Source: Macrostomum lignano (lineage: Eukaryota). From it: a stretch of 62,668 nucleotides of DNA. Position 1 is the stretch's first letter, and the number at the start of each line of letters is the position of its first letter. Position numbers and translations under genes: made by a program. The stretch lies in NCBI GenBank assembly GCA_002269645.1, contig NIVC01001559.1:1-62668 (forward strand). Direction: 5' to 3'. Below are positions 23,595 through 35,785 of the stretch, in pieces. The notes under the pieces were generated by a model. That model saw only the letters and a program-made list of their open reading frames with translations, was not told the origin of the DNA and made no database searches.

Positions 23595-26500
23595 ATGTGC
23601 GGAAGAACAGCCTGGTATGGAGCTGTGTTGTTTTTTATTGACAAAAAAACTTACTGGTACAGTGCTTCGTCGAATGTTATATTTGCTAACTGGAATATAA
23701 AGGACATACGTTTTTATAGATTATATACATGTACATGTAGTGGCTCTTATACAGCTGTTAATTGGGATTACATACAGCTGCTAATAGGGATATATACAGG
23801 TGCTAATATGTGGGATAGATGCAGATGCTAATAGGGGATAGATACAGATGCTAACAGAGGATATATACAGATGCTAATAGGGGATATATACAGATGCTAA
23901 TAGAGGATATATACAGATGCTAACAGAGGATATATACAGATGCTAATAGAGGATATATACAGATGCTAACAGAGGATATATACAGATGCTAATAGGGGAT
24001 AGATACAGATGCTAATAGGGGATAGATACAGATGCTAATAGGGGAAATATACAGATGCTACTAGGGGAAATATACAGATGCTACTAGGGGATATATACAG
24101 ATGCTAATAGAGGATATATACAGATGCTAACAGAGGATATATACAGCTTCTAATAGGGATATATACAGGTGCTAATATGTGGGATAGATACAGATGCTAA
24201 TAGGGGATAGATACAGATGCTAATAGGGGATAGATACAGATGCTAATAGGGGATAGATACAGATGCTAATAGGGGATAGATACAGATGCTAATAGGGGAT
24301 AGATACAGATGCTAATAGGGGATAGATACAGATGCTAATAGGGGATAGATACAGATGCTAATAGGGGATAGATACAGATGCTAATAGGGGATAGATACAG
24401 ATGCTAATAGGGGATAGATACAGATGCTAATAGGGGATAGATACAGATGCTAATAGGGGATTTGCATTTGCAGCTGCATTTGCTAATAAGGATATCTTGA
24501 GTAGTACGAATACATGTGCAGTCAATCACAGTACAAGTTCTTAATATGTCGCAGGGCAATTTTTATCAAAACTTATTTAAAGTTGAATAAGTCATATCTA
24601 ATCACTGCTGCACAACAGAGTCAAAGTCTAAGTTTTTTTATCAGTTCTTTTGTTTATTTACCTTTTCAGCACGCTATCGAGGGACCAGCTGCAGAGCCGG
24701 TGCACTTTTGCAAATGGGCGACCTGGATGGCGCGACCTACCGTGCAGTCCGCCCTACTCGCCAGGTTATAACCTGCCGCCTGGAACGTTTCTGTGAGCAG
24801 TTTTGCCTTGTTGAGTCAGTCACGTGTCTAGCATAAAGATGATCTAGGGACTAGCAGAGAGTCATAAAGATTATCTAGGGACACTAGCTTTAAAGTTCAA
24901 AGTTGGCTTTTTTAGACTCTGTAAGAAAGGCTCTCAAATGCTTCAAGAATCAGCCTCTTAACTAGTTAAAGATCGCTTTCTGGTGCCTTAGAACTGTCCT
25001 TACATTCGTACACTTTGTGCTTCACATTAAAAAGCATATTTGCAAACAGACTAAATCTTGCTTAAAAGTCCTTTCCTCAACGACTGCTACGCCTACACCG
25101 GTGTTTCACAGAAGTTATGGGAATTTCGGTATAAACTGCACTCTTATTGCGGTAAATTCTACTGTGTAAGCACATTTTCACGTTGAGCTTGCAGTCTAAA
25201 TCTGTTAAACTTGCCAAGTTAAATTTAGCTTCACAAAAATGCTTACACAGTCTGTACTTCAGCCTTATCATCATGTCGCGATTATATATGTGTCTTTAAT
25301 TAAGCATTTATTCAAGAGATAAACTCCTCTACCAGTTAATTGTAACACAGGCCTTGATTTTAATAAAGCCTTTTAACTAAGTGCTATAAAGTGAATCTAT
25401 GCGCCCGATCTTTATCACTGTGCAGCTAATCATTTTTAGTTCCATATTCGTTAAAGACACTATTTGAACTTTACAGGAACCTTTCCTAGGCTCTCATTTC
25501 TGTTACTAAGTCGCTTCGTTTTGTTGATCAGCTGTGTAACCCCCTATGTTACTGTCCCTAGGTCATCCTTATAGACCTCACTGTTACTGTCCCTAGGTCA
25601 TCCTTATGACCCTCTGTTACTGTCCCCAGGTCATCCTTATGACCCTCTGTTACTGTCCCCAGGTCATCCTTATGACCCTCTGTTAGTGTTTTTAGGTCAT
25701 TCGTATGACCATCTGTAGATGTCCGAGATTATTTACATGACCCTCTGTTACTGTCCCTAGGTCACCCTTATGACCCTCTGTTACTGTCCCCAGGTCATCC
25801 TTATGACCCTCTGTTAGTGTTTTTAGGTCATTCGTATGACCATCTGTAGATGTCCGAGATTATTTACATGACCCTCTGTTACTGTCCCTAGGTCACCCTT
25901 ATGACCCTCTGTTACTGTCCCCAGGTCATCCTTATGACCCTCTGTTAGTGTTTTTAGGTCATTCGTATGACCATCTGTAGATGTCCGAGATTATTTACAT
26001 GACCCTATTTGTTAATGCTATCAGTACTGTTCGCTTATATGACCTTCTCTATGAATGCCTTAAGTCATGCCGTAGTTTCCATGGCACCGTGTCACAGTTG
26101 AGTCTGCCAACACAATCCCACAGGCCAGTGCTGTACTCCAATCAGGGCTGCCAGCTCATCTCCACCATGAAGTGGGGCCTGGTGCCCTCCTGGGTAGGCC
26201 GAGACACCTCAAATTTCACTCTCAACATGTCGAACGCTCGAGTTGAGACGCTGATGGAGAAGGCCAGCTTCCGTAATCTTTTACTGAATGGCCGTCGTTG
26301 CGTTCTACTTTGCGAGGGCTTCTACGAGTGGAAACGGCCGAAGCTGGGCCCCGGGGCCAGAAGCAGGCCTACTTCTTCCACCCGCCCGGCTGGCTGGAGC
26401 GGGACTGCGGCGAAAAGCCGCCCAACCTCATGTTCATTGCGGCTCTGTTCGATGTGCACCAGGGCATGGTGAGCTCTATGGTTTCTTGCTCGGTACTTCC

Positions 26501-27837
26501 GGATAAGAACCTCAGGCTGGGCCATACCCTCCCATCCCAGATCCTCAGTTGCTGGCCCAGCCTCCCAGATCCTCAGTTGCTGGGCCAGCCTCCCAGATCC
26601 TCAGTTGCTGGGCCAGCCTCCCAGATCCTCTGTTGCTGGTCCAGCCTCCCAGATTCTCAGTTGCTGGGCCAGCCTCCCAGATCCTCAGTTGCTGGGCCAG
26701 CCTCCCAGATCCTCAGTTTCTGGGCCAGCCTCCCAGATCCTCAGTTGCTGGGCCAGCCTCCCAGAGTGTCAGTTGCTGGGCCAGCCTCCCAGAGTGTCAG
26801 TTGCTGGGCCAGCCTCCCAGAGTGCCAGTTGCTGGGCCAGCCTCCCAGAGTGTCAGTTGCTGGGCCAGCCTCCCAGATCCTCAGTTGCTGGGCCAGCCTC
26901 CCAGATCCTCAGTTGCTGTATTAAATGTTGTTGCTATTAAAAAAAATAAAATTCCCTCTTCCCCACCTCGCCGAATCCTCGCCCGTCCCTCAGCCAGGTG
27001 AGCCAGATCTGTACAGCTTCACGGTGATCACTGTGCCAGCCAGCGAGACTGTCAGCGACATTCACGATCGAATGCCAGTAAGTTGATGCCTGCATCTGCA
27101 TTCAGCCCAGTTTTACTGCCACAATTAATGATCAATTGTGCCGAATTTCTCAGGCAATTCTGCAAACGGCTGATGAAATCACGGATTGGCTTCAATCTGA
27201 TAATCCGAAGCGGGTGAGGCTAATGGTGTGACTGTGTGATACTTATATTTCCATCAATTATATTTTCACCTATCCAAATTACCTTTTGTAAGGCCTTGGC
27301 CTGTCTTCGCTCTGTGACAGACATCTGCTTCTATGCTGTTTCTTCGCACGTCAACAGTACTCGGAACAATGATAAACTGTGCCTACAGCCTGTAAAACTG
27401 GAATCCAGGTAAATTCTATCTCACTCAGGAGCTTTTCTTTTAATGTGCTGGCTAACTTACTTTTTATAGCACTAGTTTATTATGCTGACTAAACTTGAGC
27501 ATGGACTTCTAGTAAAGCTACCAAAGTGTACTCATTTCAATTACGGGGCCTCAAAAGAGTCCCGTCAGCCACTATGCTATTGTTACTCTTCACTCTTCGC
27601 TAGCTAGTGAATTGAATGACTCAGCGTTGTGCAAGAATTTGTATTTATTTAAGCCGGCCATTTTTATTGCCTAGAAATATTCTCCACTGCACAAACAGTT
27701 GCTTTGGCAGATGCAGGTGGCTAATTAACTGATCTTAACATTTAAAGCGGCGTGCGGTTCAAGTACCGTTATTGATATAATTCGATTTACCTAATATTTT
27801 ATAATAGTCTATCTCTGTGTCTGTCTGACTGTCTGTG

Positions 27838-27933
<96 letters not shown>

Positions 27934-28302
27934 CACATCTATATTTCAATAAAGAATTTCAATAATGTGTATCGCCTCCTGTGACCCTCTGTTCACCTGC
28001 CCAGTGCCCTGCCAACGGCAGCAGTAACGCTAGACAAATGGCTGCCAGCCGCGTCATCGAAGCTGACGGCAGCGGCTTCGGCATCGGCATCGGCAGCCAG
28101 TAGTGCATCGCCGCCTCGTTATCAGCAGAATCCGAAGCCGCCGCCACCGTCGCCGAAGCGCCGCCAGCCGCCGCCGCTGCGGGACACCGGCCTGACTCGG
28201 TGGATTCGCGCTAGCAGAGTCAAGTCAGAAACGGAAGCTTCATCCAAAGCTGAGGCGGAAGAAGAAACAAAGCCGGCCGTGAAGAAGCCGCGTCTCGAAT
28301 AA
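23595..28302 (+). CDS. HMCES: HMCES / SRAP-domain abasic-site crosslinking protein, with a 1-bp frameshift at ~26353-26356
   Basis: join(23595..23614,24670..24792,26124..26468,26994..27077,27154..27213,27293..27408,28005..28302). Motifs: N-terminal MCGRT with catalytic Cys2, YN.PP, MKWGLVPSW, NARVETLMEKASFR, RRCVLLCEGFYEW, YSFTVIT, IHDRMP|AIL, VSSHVNSTRNN. All junctions are GT-AG and in phase except the internal frameshift. Confidence 0.93.
23790..24465. repeat. 24-bp minisatellite, ~28 copies, HMCES intron 1
   Basis: Unit GATAGATACAGATGCTAATAGGGG. Confidence 0.95.
25545..26010. repeat. 33-bp minisatellite with a ~131-bp higher-order repeat (3 copies), HMCES intron 2
   Basis: Unit GTTACTGTCCCCAGGTCATCCTTATGACCCTCT; the variant block GTGTTTTTAGGTCATTCG...CCGAGATT recurs at ~25686, 25817 and 25948. 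Confidence 0.9.
26520..26920. repeat. 28-bp minisatellite, ~14 copies, HMCES intron 3
   Basis: Unit CTCAGTTGCTGGGCCAGCCTCCCAGATC. Confidence 0.95.
27815..27932. repeat. (CTGT)n microsatellite, HMCES intron 6
   Basis: Direct reading. Confidence 0.95.
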
Positions 28303-28726
28303 AATTATTAATTCCAGACTTCACTTCGGTAAGACCGATTCCGATAAAAACTGTACTGGACTTGAAAGTCGACAGTTCCGCTTTTTTGCTTTTAATCTTT
28401 GTTTTTTCAAGTTTTCCCCTGCTTCACATATGGTGCTGCTGAGCCAATGCTGGCATTTTAGTTGGCCGCCGTTGAGTTGGGGGTCGCCATTTCGGAGGGT
28501 GGGAGCATTCCCATTCCCTCGCCTGTCCGGTTTCAATCGGCGTCTCCAGCTAAAGCTCATTCCCTGTCCACTAGGGGGGGGGGGCGTAATCCCGGGATCC
28601 CGGAAAAATTCCGTTATGAAGACAGCCAACCGTGTGGAAAACTTCACATTTCGTTAGATGCTAAAAATAGCGCAGGTCAGTGAATTTATCAGACTATAGC
28701 GTGACGCAAAGATTTTTTTCTAGCCC

Positions 28727-29045
28727 AGGGATCGGCAAAATCCGGCCCACCAAGCCTTTCTATCCGACCCTCCGTGCCTTCACATTCTTCAAACTTCAAA
28801 CTTCACACTTCACACTTTAAACTTCACAAACTTCAAACTTAATATCACAATGGTGATCCTCCGTCCCACTCAAGGTTTGTGTCTCTTCTCAGCTCAGCAG
28901 CTTTCCCTCCTCTTCTCTCCTCTCCTTCTCTCCTATCTCTCCTCTCCTCTATCCTCTCCTCTGGCCCGCAGTCATGCGCTAGGTTCTCCATCTGGCCCTT
29001 GTCGTAAAAAGTCTGCTAACCCCCGATATTTAGCAATGGCCAATG
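28727..29045. mobile_element. Decayed hAT-type MITE (CAGGGGTCGGCAAAC family)
   Basis: Starts CAGGGATCGGCAAAATCCGGCCC; CT-rich core; GGCCCGCAGTCATGCGCTAGGTTCTCCATCTGGCCCT matches the other copies. Confidence 0.65.
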
Positions 29046-31531
29046 ATAGGAAACTAACAGATGGAGCAAATAACTTAATTTAAGTTTGTAACGCTTAGTG
29101 TATGATATACAGCAAAACACAGGATGTATTTATGTGCTTCATGAAGAATGGTATTGCGGTAGCCTCCATTCCGGGATCAGTACAAGTCAGGACCCCTACT
29201 CTCCACTATAGTATTGTTGTTTCCCTAAACAAAAAGCTAGGGAACCATGCAATTATAATTAAGCATTTGCTATTACAATAGCTTGAAAGCATTTTTGGTT
29301 AAAATTTTTGTTCTCATCTGCTTCATCAAATACATTGCGCATTTAGGCGGGTGAACAGGCCGGTTTGTGTCTGTTTGTTTAGATTAAAATAATGCAATAA
29401 TGCTTTTTTAGCTGACTGAATTTCAATCTTTAATTTAAAGTCGACCCAAGGATAAGATAAGCCTTATCGCTCGTATATGAATGCTCGTAAAGCATCGCAA
29501 TGCTATACTATCGTTATTTGTCAGGTACAGAAAAGTGCAGCTTGACAGGTCGTCTACCCCGGACGCACCATGCAAGGACTCCTAAAAATAGCATCAACTG
29601 CTGTCTCTCAACTGCTGTGATGCTATTTTTAGAAGTCCCTGGGCATACAGGGGGGAGAGCGCGTGGGGGGGGGGGGGGTCCGCCCCCACCCCTCTTCGGG
29701 CCGCTAAGGTTTTTAATGGGGGCCTGGGGGTGGCCTGCCCTCCTTGCTGCTACCTTTCAACAACTAACCCCCCCCGTCTTAAAAAATCCTGGTCTCGTAG
29801 TCCTACTCACTTGGACTGCTAAATGTTATTGAAGTGACAGATGACTCATAAAAGTGCGTGTTTTTGCTATATAGGTCAGTCTGTCTGCTGGTGTCAGCCC
29901 ACGCACGAACTATGCTAGTTAAACTGTCTATTCAAGTTTTCCTGCCCTGTCTGCCTGCACTCCCAGTACACACACACACCACACACCACACACACACTAA
30001 AGTTGACGTATCTGAGTTGGTCACGCCATTCTTGCTTACCATTTGCCCAAGGTCTACTAAAAGTTACTGTTGTATCAGGACGAACGCTCGTACGAGTAAA
30101 TATTGCAAAATTATTTGAAGGCCCGCTTGTTTGTATTGCAGCCAAACTTTAAATGCTTATAACTCCGGATCTGTGGCACTTAAAATGATAATTAATTTTT
30201 CGCCAGGTTGTTCGAAACAATCTACAAATCTACAAATCTACAGATAAATACGAGATCTAAGTGAAATATTCAGCCAAGCAACATAAATATTACGAGTGGT
30301 TTTTCGTCTTCTAAAACAGTACATAATAGCATATACGAGTATTAGGGTTAGTAAAAAAACGTTGTCATGACAGCTAAAGTTATGGAATAATATATATATA
30401 TTGCACCTAAATTTCTTCATCCTTTGTTGAATTAGTAGCAGTATGTCTGCATAAAAGCATAGCAAGTTTTAAATGAGTTACCAGGTTGCCTACGAGCTAT
30501 AATGACAAATACTTTTAATGCATGTATATTTAACAGGTTAAGACTTTTAATAAATTATAAATAGACCTATTTTAGAGCTTCTGAGCCTTCAATGGAAGTG
30601 CAGGTTTCTTTAAAACAGTTGAATAGGATGCTTTTTGAAGGCAAGCATCGCTAAATACCAGCTACATGTAAACAAGCGGGTCTTCAAATATTTTTGCAAT
30701 ATTTACGAGCGTTGCGTCCTGATACAACGCTGACTTCTACGAGCGTACTATTCCTTGCCATTCCCTTTCTTAGCTGGCTCTGTGTGGATTAGGAGGCGTT
30801 GATTCTTTATTGTTATCAATATACATTGAGGACAGCAACAGCAAAAGCAGTATTCTAGACGCAACGTGAGCAGTCAATTGAACAACTTTTCAATCGCTTT
30901 TTAGACTCAGATGCAAGAACAGGTTAGGGTCAGGTGTCAGATCCAATCCGGAAACCAAAACAAACACTCCATAAATAGCCTAAAGATAAGCTAAACTTGA
31001 GAATTTTGACTTTTTTGTAAACTTAATTGCTCAATTATGTTAATTTCTACTGTTTGAGTCTCTAAGTTTCTATTAGGCAGCAGCAGATTCTAACTGTATG
31101 CTTAGCTGCTGCGGATGAATTAAAAAAACCAAAATTCAGTTTTATTTGAATGTCATTGTACAATGAACAATTTATTTTATATGACAAAGCATAAATATCT
31201 ATACACGAAGTGATACAAACTGCTTTAAATGATCGCTGAATAGACATTCAGATGAGTACTCTTAGAATAGTAAATTATAACCACACTACATTTCCTATTT
31301 AAATGGAATTCTATAGAAATTGTTTTCTGTATCTCTGAAGTACTTGTAATTTTTTATGTACATGTAATCTGGACTCTAATATAAACTGTACCAACATTTA
31401 TCTATTTGTCTGCAGGGTACTAAGGTAAAATAACATTAGTATTGAAAATATATATTTCTTTAAAATTAGGCGTGTAAGACTACTTTAGCTATGATGAGTA
31501 TATATATTCGAAGTTGTAGTTCGAAGTTTGT

Positions 31532-33240
31532 CTAGTCAGCAGCAGGCCTCCTACTCCCGGTGCACGTGCACGACTGGCACAGGTAGCGCAGAGAGGCGAG
31601 CAGTCGGTGTCGCAGTCGCCGCCGACCTCTGTTCGCGTTGCGGATGCTGTCCCGTCTGTCTTCAGCCCTAGGCTGAATCTCCTGTGGGCTGATGAATTCT
31701 TGCTCGATACCGTCGCTTCTTGAGTCCAACCTTGGGATGGCCGGCGGCGGCGGATCCGACGTCGCTGCTGCGTATTCGGTGGCCGGCATGGATGGAGTCT
31801 CAACCGGCGCCGGCTGCAGCTGCGGCAGCTCCGGAGCTTCCTGATTACTGCATGACGTTGATAGAAGAAAAAAATAGACTTTTAAGGCTTTGACAAATTT
31901 GAGGTTTCGAATTTTTATCATTTTATACTTACGCCTCTGATGTATGAGCTTGTTCTTGTTCAGTTTGCTGTTGCTGCTGCAAATCCTCTGGCTCATCAAC
32001 TTCGGGAGCCGGCGGCAGGCGTTGCGCATCCAGAGTCAAACCGTCTCTAAAGGGTGCGGAAATCGCCTTGAAAATTTACATTCATGCATGTGGCTTTAAT
32101 TGATCAATTTAAGAAAGTTACTGTTCAGTTGATTTACCTTCGCTCAGCTGCTGGCTTCTGTTGTTGCTGGTGCAGCTGTTGCAGCCGTTTCTCTTCCTGA
32201 CTGCTCTGAGCCGGTGACGAGGAGTGCCGGCCCAGGGTACAGCTGCGTTGCTTTTCTTGCGTTTTTCTGCTTGTGTCAATGCTCCCCTCGCTGTGTCCAT
32301 TTCGCAAGCTGGCGTCTGGACGTTGCAGTAGCGGCGGTTGTCCTCTGAGCTCAATTCCAGTCACAAAATTAGCTGTGACTTCAGGACTTCTCGCGCACAA
32401 GTTAGCTGCATGCTCGTGTCCAGTTGTTTTTTCACCCGACTGGTCAGGCTTCGCAAAAACAGCTGTGGCAGCGGCAAGAAGCTCGGCATTCTCGTTAGCC
32501 GCCGCTGCCTGTTGAGCCTCTGGAATCGCAGCTGCGGCGTTGTCTTCATTTGCCGGGGCCTCCTCGTCATTGTCGTCCCCTTTTGGCAGACTGGTTGCCG
32601 CAGCGTCGTTGTTGACATCCGTGCCGATTGCGGCTGTCGTACCTTCCATTGCATCGGTTTGGACGCCACTTCCCATCGGCGGTGAGGGACTTCGTACGAC
32701 TGGCGTCGGAGCCGCCTGCCCTGTTCCAGCCGCTGTGCTGTCTTGTTTACGTTGGAACAGATTGTAGCGAGCTGGAGCCGACTCATGCCTACATACGGAC
32801 GCGGTGGCAGCGGCGCCCGTAACTCTACCTAGGACGTTGTCTTGGACTAGCTCGCTAGACGACTCTTGATCATAAGCGTCGGTGGCGACACTTGCTACTG
32901 AACTTTCGGTAACAGCAGAGACTTCAGAGCCATTCTCCGAAGTGGGCGACTCCGATGCCTCGGCTTGGTCTTCGCTAGATGCGTCGTCCGATGCTGCACA
33001 GTCAGGACTCGGCTGCGATGCGAAGAGCAACTCCCTGTGCGGCTCAGTCAGCTCAGGAAGACTCGCCGGTCGCTGCTGGCTCGAGCCGTCGCCCAAGGAT
33101 GAGTCGCTGGTCTCCAACTCGATTCCACGCAAGTCCTGAGCCGAGCGCGGTAGCGAGTTTGTAGACGACGACAGCGTGTTTTGTTGCGATTGGCCTTCTC
33201 TGAGTGGAAATTCGTCACTATGGTCGCTTCCTTCTGCCAT
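31532..33240 (-). CDS. Orphan gene O1: ~510-aa acidic, A/S/E/Q-rich predicted-disordered protein with a C-terminal basic helix and Cys cluster
   Basis: complement(join(31532..31847,31933..32046,32138..33240)); both introns phase 2 with GTAAAT/GTAAGT donors; 1533 nt open; paralogous to 45903-48532. No known family recognised. Confidence 0.75.
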
Positions 33241-33447
33241 ACTGGTGTTGAACTCGCTTCTGCTTCTTTTCTTGGTAGTTTTTTTACAGTATATAGGAGT
33301 TTTGTATACTGTGTATTTTCAGGATCACAAATTCTTTTGGGCCTTTTCATTTATCAAAAGAGTAATTATGTTGTCCCTATGCTCTTAAGGCTTGGAGATT
33401 TTTACGTGACTCAACTCTGAGAAACAGTTGCTTTGAATTCTCCACCC

Positions 33448-33453
33448 TTTATA
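33448..33453 (-). promoter_or_regulatory. TATA box upstream of orphan gene O1
   Basis: GCTATAAAGGG on the minus strand ~210 bp before the ATG, followed ~35 bp later by TCAGAGTTGAGTCA (Inr-like / AP-1-like). Confidence 0.45.
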
Positions 33454-33964
33454 GCAGCTATGCAAAACCCAATGGCCAGCTGGGGAGTCGGGTCTGAAAG
33501 TCTGTTTGTTGGTTGGCTGTTGGGGTTTGAAAAATCGAGCTTTCTCTGCACCTTTGTCTCTCTGTGAATTCTATCTTCTATGTACGTGTGTACAGTATGT
33601 GTAACACCCCACTCTGCCCTAATGCGACATGCAGCTTTTATTGGCCTGTCTAATGCATGTCTGCCTTTCTCTCTAGTGGTTGAATCTGCTATATATCTAG
33701 CTAGCTATCACAGTGCGCATGCATATTGTCACAAATCTGTGGACTTCTGCATTTTAAAAGCGACTAAAGGATGCATTCTATTACTTTTCCTGACTGAATA
33801 GTCAGACTTTTTGTTATTATTTTATTATTCTCTAATTAACAAGCATACTTTTATTATATTTAGTTTAAAAACGCCACGACACATTGAAAATAAAGCCGAG
33901 AAAATTGTATAAAAGATTCATAGAAATGAATGCGTCCAATAGTAATAATTAATAATAATTGACT

Positions 33965-34170
33965 ACACCTGCCCTAATGGGCAGATGTGCAACCGACAGC
34001 ATCTGAAGGCTGCGTACGGCTGTTCAGTCCAAGGACTGGAGGGTCGCCACACACATCCTCAATTACCGCAGCTAATGCTGGCAACCATTTTACAGCTGGG
34101 TGAACTGAAGCAATGCAGAGTTATAAGTGTCTTCTCTTGCTTAAGGACTCAAATTGGTTCAGATGACCGC
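33965..34170 (-). mobile_element. CORE-type SINE, 5'-truncated copy
   Basis: Minus strand AAGACACTTATAACTCTGCATTGCTTCAGTTCACCCAGCTGTAAAATGG parallels the MIR CORE; same 3' end as 14371-14620. Confidence 0.75.
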
Positions 34171-34674
34171 TTTATACCGCGAATCGATAGAAATGGGGTG
34201 GGTGAGGGAGAGACTTTTCTACAAAGTTTTTTGTCACAAAACTTGTCTAGGTAGGCACCAAGATTTGCGGTCTATTTCTATATGGTCTTTAAATGCGACT
34301 CAGTTTGTGCATGGTTTACAGGGAAGTGCAGAGGAAGAGAACCACCCAATTAGCAGGTTGTAGTTGTACGAGTAACTACATGTTCTGCCCGCCCGGGCTA
34401 GTGGACACTCAAGACTGAAGTTGATGAAGACAAGTTGGGTTGGCATGCTGATGAAAAAGACACGTTTACAAGCTAATTCGAAAATATCCAGCCATAAGTT
34501 CGTAGGTCGACAAAGTTTGATTTTTAAAAGTCAATTTTACTACAGCTTCAAATGGTATGTCCTGAAAATTTTCAATTCAGAATTAAAGCGCACTCTGTCA
34601 GAGACTGACAGTTCAGATTAGCAAAGCAATGACGACTGTAAGACCGAATTAGATCCCTTATACTTCGTACGTCA

Positions 34675-35627
34675 CAGTGGTCGGCAAACTCCGGTCCGCG
34701 GGCCACATGCGTCCGGGTAGCTAGATTAAGCGCACCAGGAACAAGCGCGCATTTTCGCACATATTTTACATGGTTCGGAATAACCATGTAATTCCGTAAT
34801 CCCGGAGAACGGACCAAAACCTGAATAAGCGCGCAGTTAACTTTTCACAGACCGGAATAAGCGCGCAGCATTTTTGATCGATACAGGAAAAAGCGCGCAC
34901 GAGTTTTCCCATGACTTGGAACAAGCGCGCCAAAATTTTACCCGCTTTCGGAATGAGCGCACAGCTGCTTTTGTACTGACGGGATTAAGCGCGCAAATGA
35001 TGATTTTAACTAACTTTTATGATTTTTAGCGAACTTCTCAGCTGCAGTTTCAACTTTCAGCTAAGCTTTTAGCTTTTAGCAATTTTAACTTTGTAACCTT
35101 GCTTCGTCTTAAATACATAGTTTAAATTCGACTTTAATCTTAGTTCTGTTGAAAATCTGTGCGCGCTTATTCCAGGACTTTTAAAAAACGTTGCGCGCTC
35201 TTTCCTGTGCCTAGGAATATGGATGCGCGCTTATTACAGTATTTTGACAAAACTTTTCGCGCTCATTCCTGTATCGAGGAATATCGCAGCGCGCTTATTC
35301 CAACATTTTTCTGTGCGCGCTTGTTCCCTGCGCGCTTATTCCGACGTGTGCAAAAAAATACACGTGCGCGCTTATTCCTGGCGCGCTTAATCAGCCCTCC
35401 CATGCGTCCCGCGAAGCCTCTCTATCCCGCCCTGTGGTCCTGTCAAACTTCACAATCCGGCCCGCTCAAGGTTTATCTCTTCTAAGCTCTCCTCTCTCTC
35501 TCATCTCTTCTGCTTTCCTCTCCTCTCCTCTGGCCCGCAGGCATACGCTGGAGTTTCTATCGGCCCTCCCTTACGATAAAAGGACCTGTCCAAAGTACCA
35601 TGTGGTGGGGTGGTAGAAAGTTCACTG
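34675..35627. mobile_element. hAT-type MITE (CAGTGGTCGGCAAAC) hosting a nested element
   Basis: The family head at 34675-34714 continues at 35410 with GCGAAGCC...CAATCCGGCCCGCTC and the CT-rich core. Confidence 0.7.
34715..35400. mobile_element. MULE-like non-autonomous element, 686 bp
   Basis: Exact 9-bp TSD CATGCGTCC (34706-34714, 35401-35409); long imperfect TIRs built of AATAAGCGCGC / GCGCGCTTATT repeats. Confidence 0.85.
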
Positions 35628-35785
35628 CTTGTTTTAAGTATATTTGAAACGTTTATAGTGAGTGAGTGCTTCTCGTGATAAGTTTAAATCGGAAATCTTG
35701 GAAAAAGTTTTGAATTTTAAAAGCCTTACTGCAAAGGATAAAGTATTTTACCTAATCTAATCGCTCTAGAAGATAAAGACATAAT

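Noticed and set aside
27165-27185. Hammerhead core CTGATGA (also 31685, 34426, 55567)
   Set aside because: No flanking stems with a paired GAAA; at least two hits are inside coding exons.
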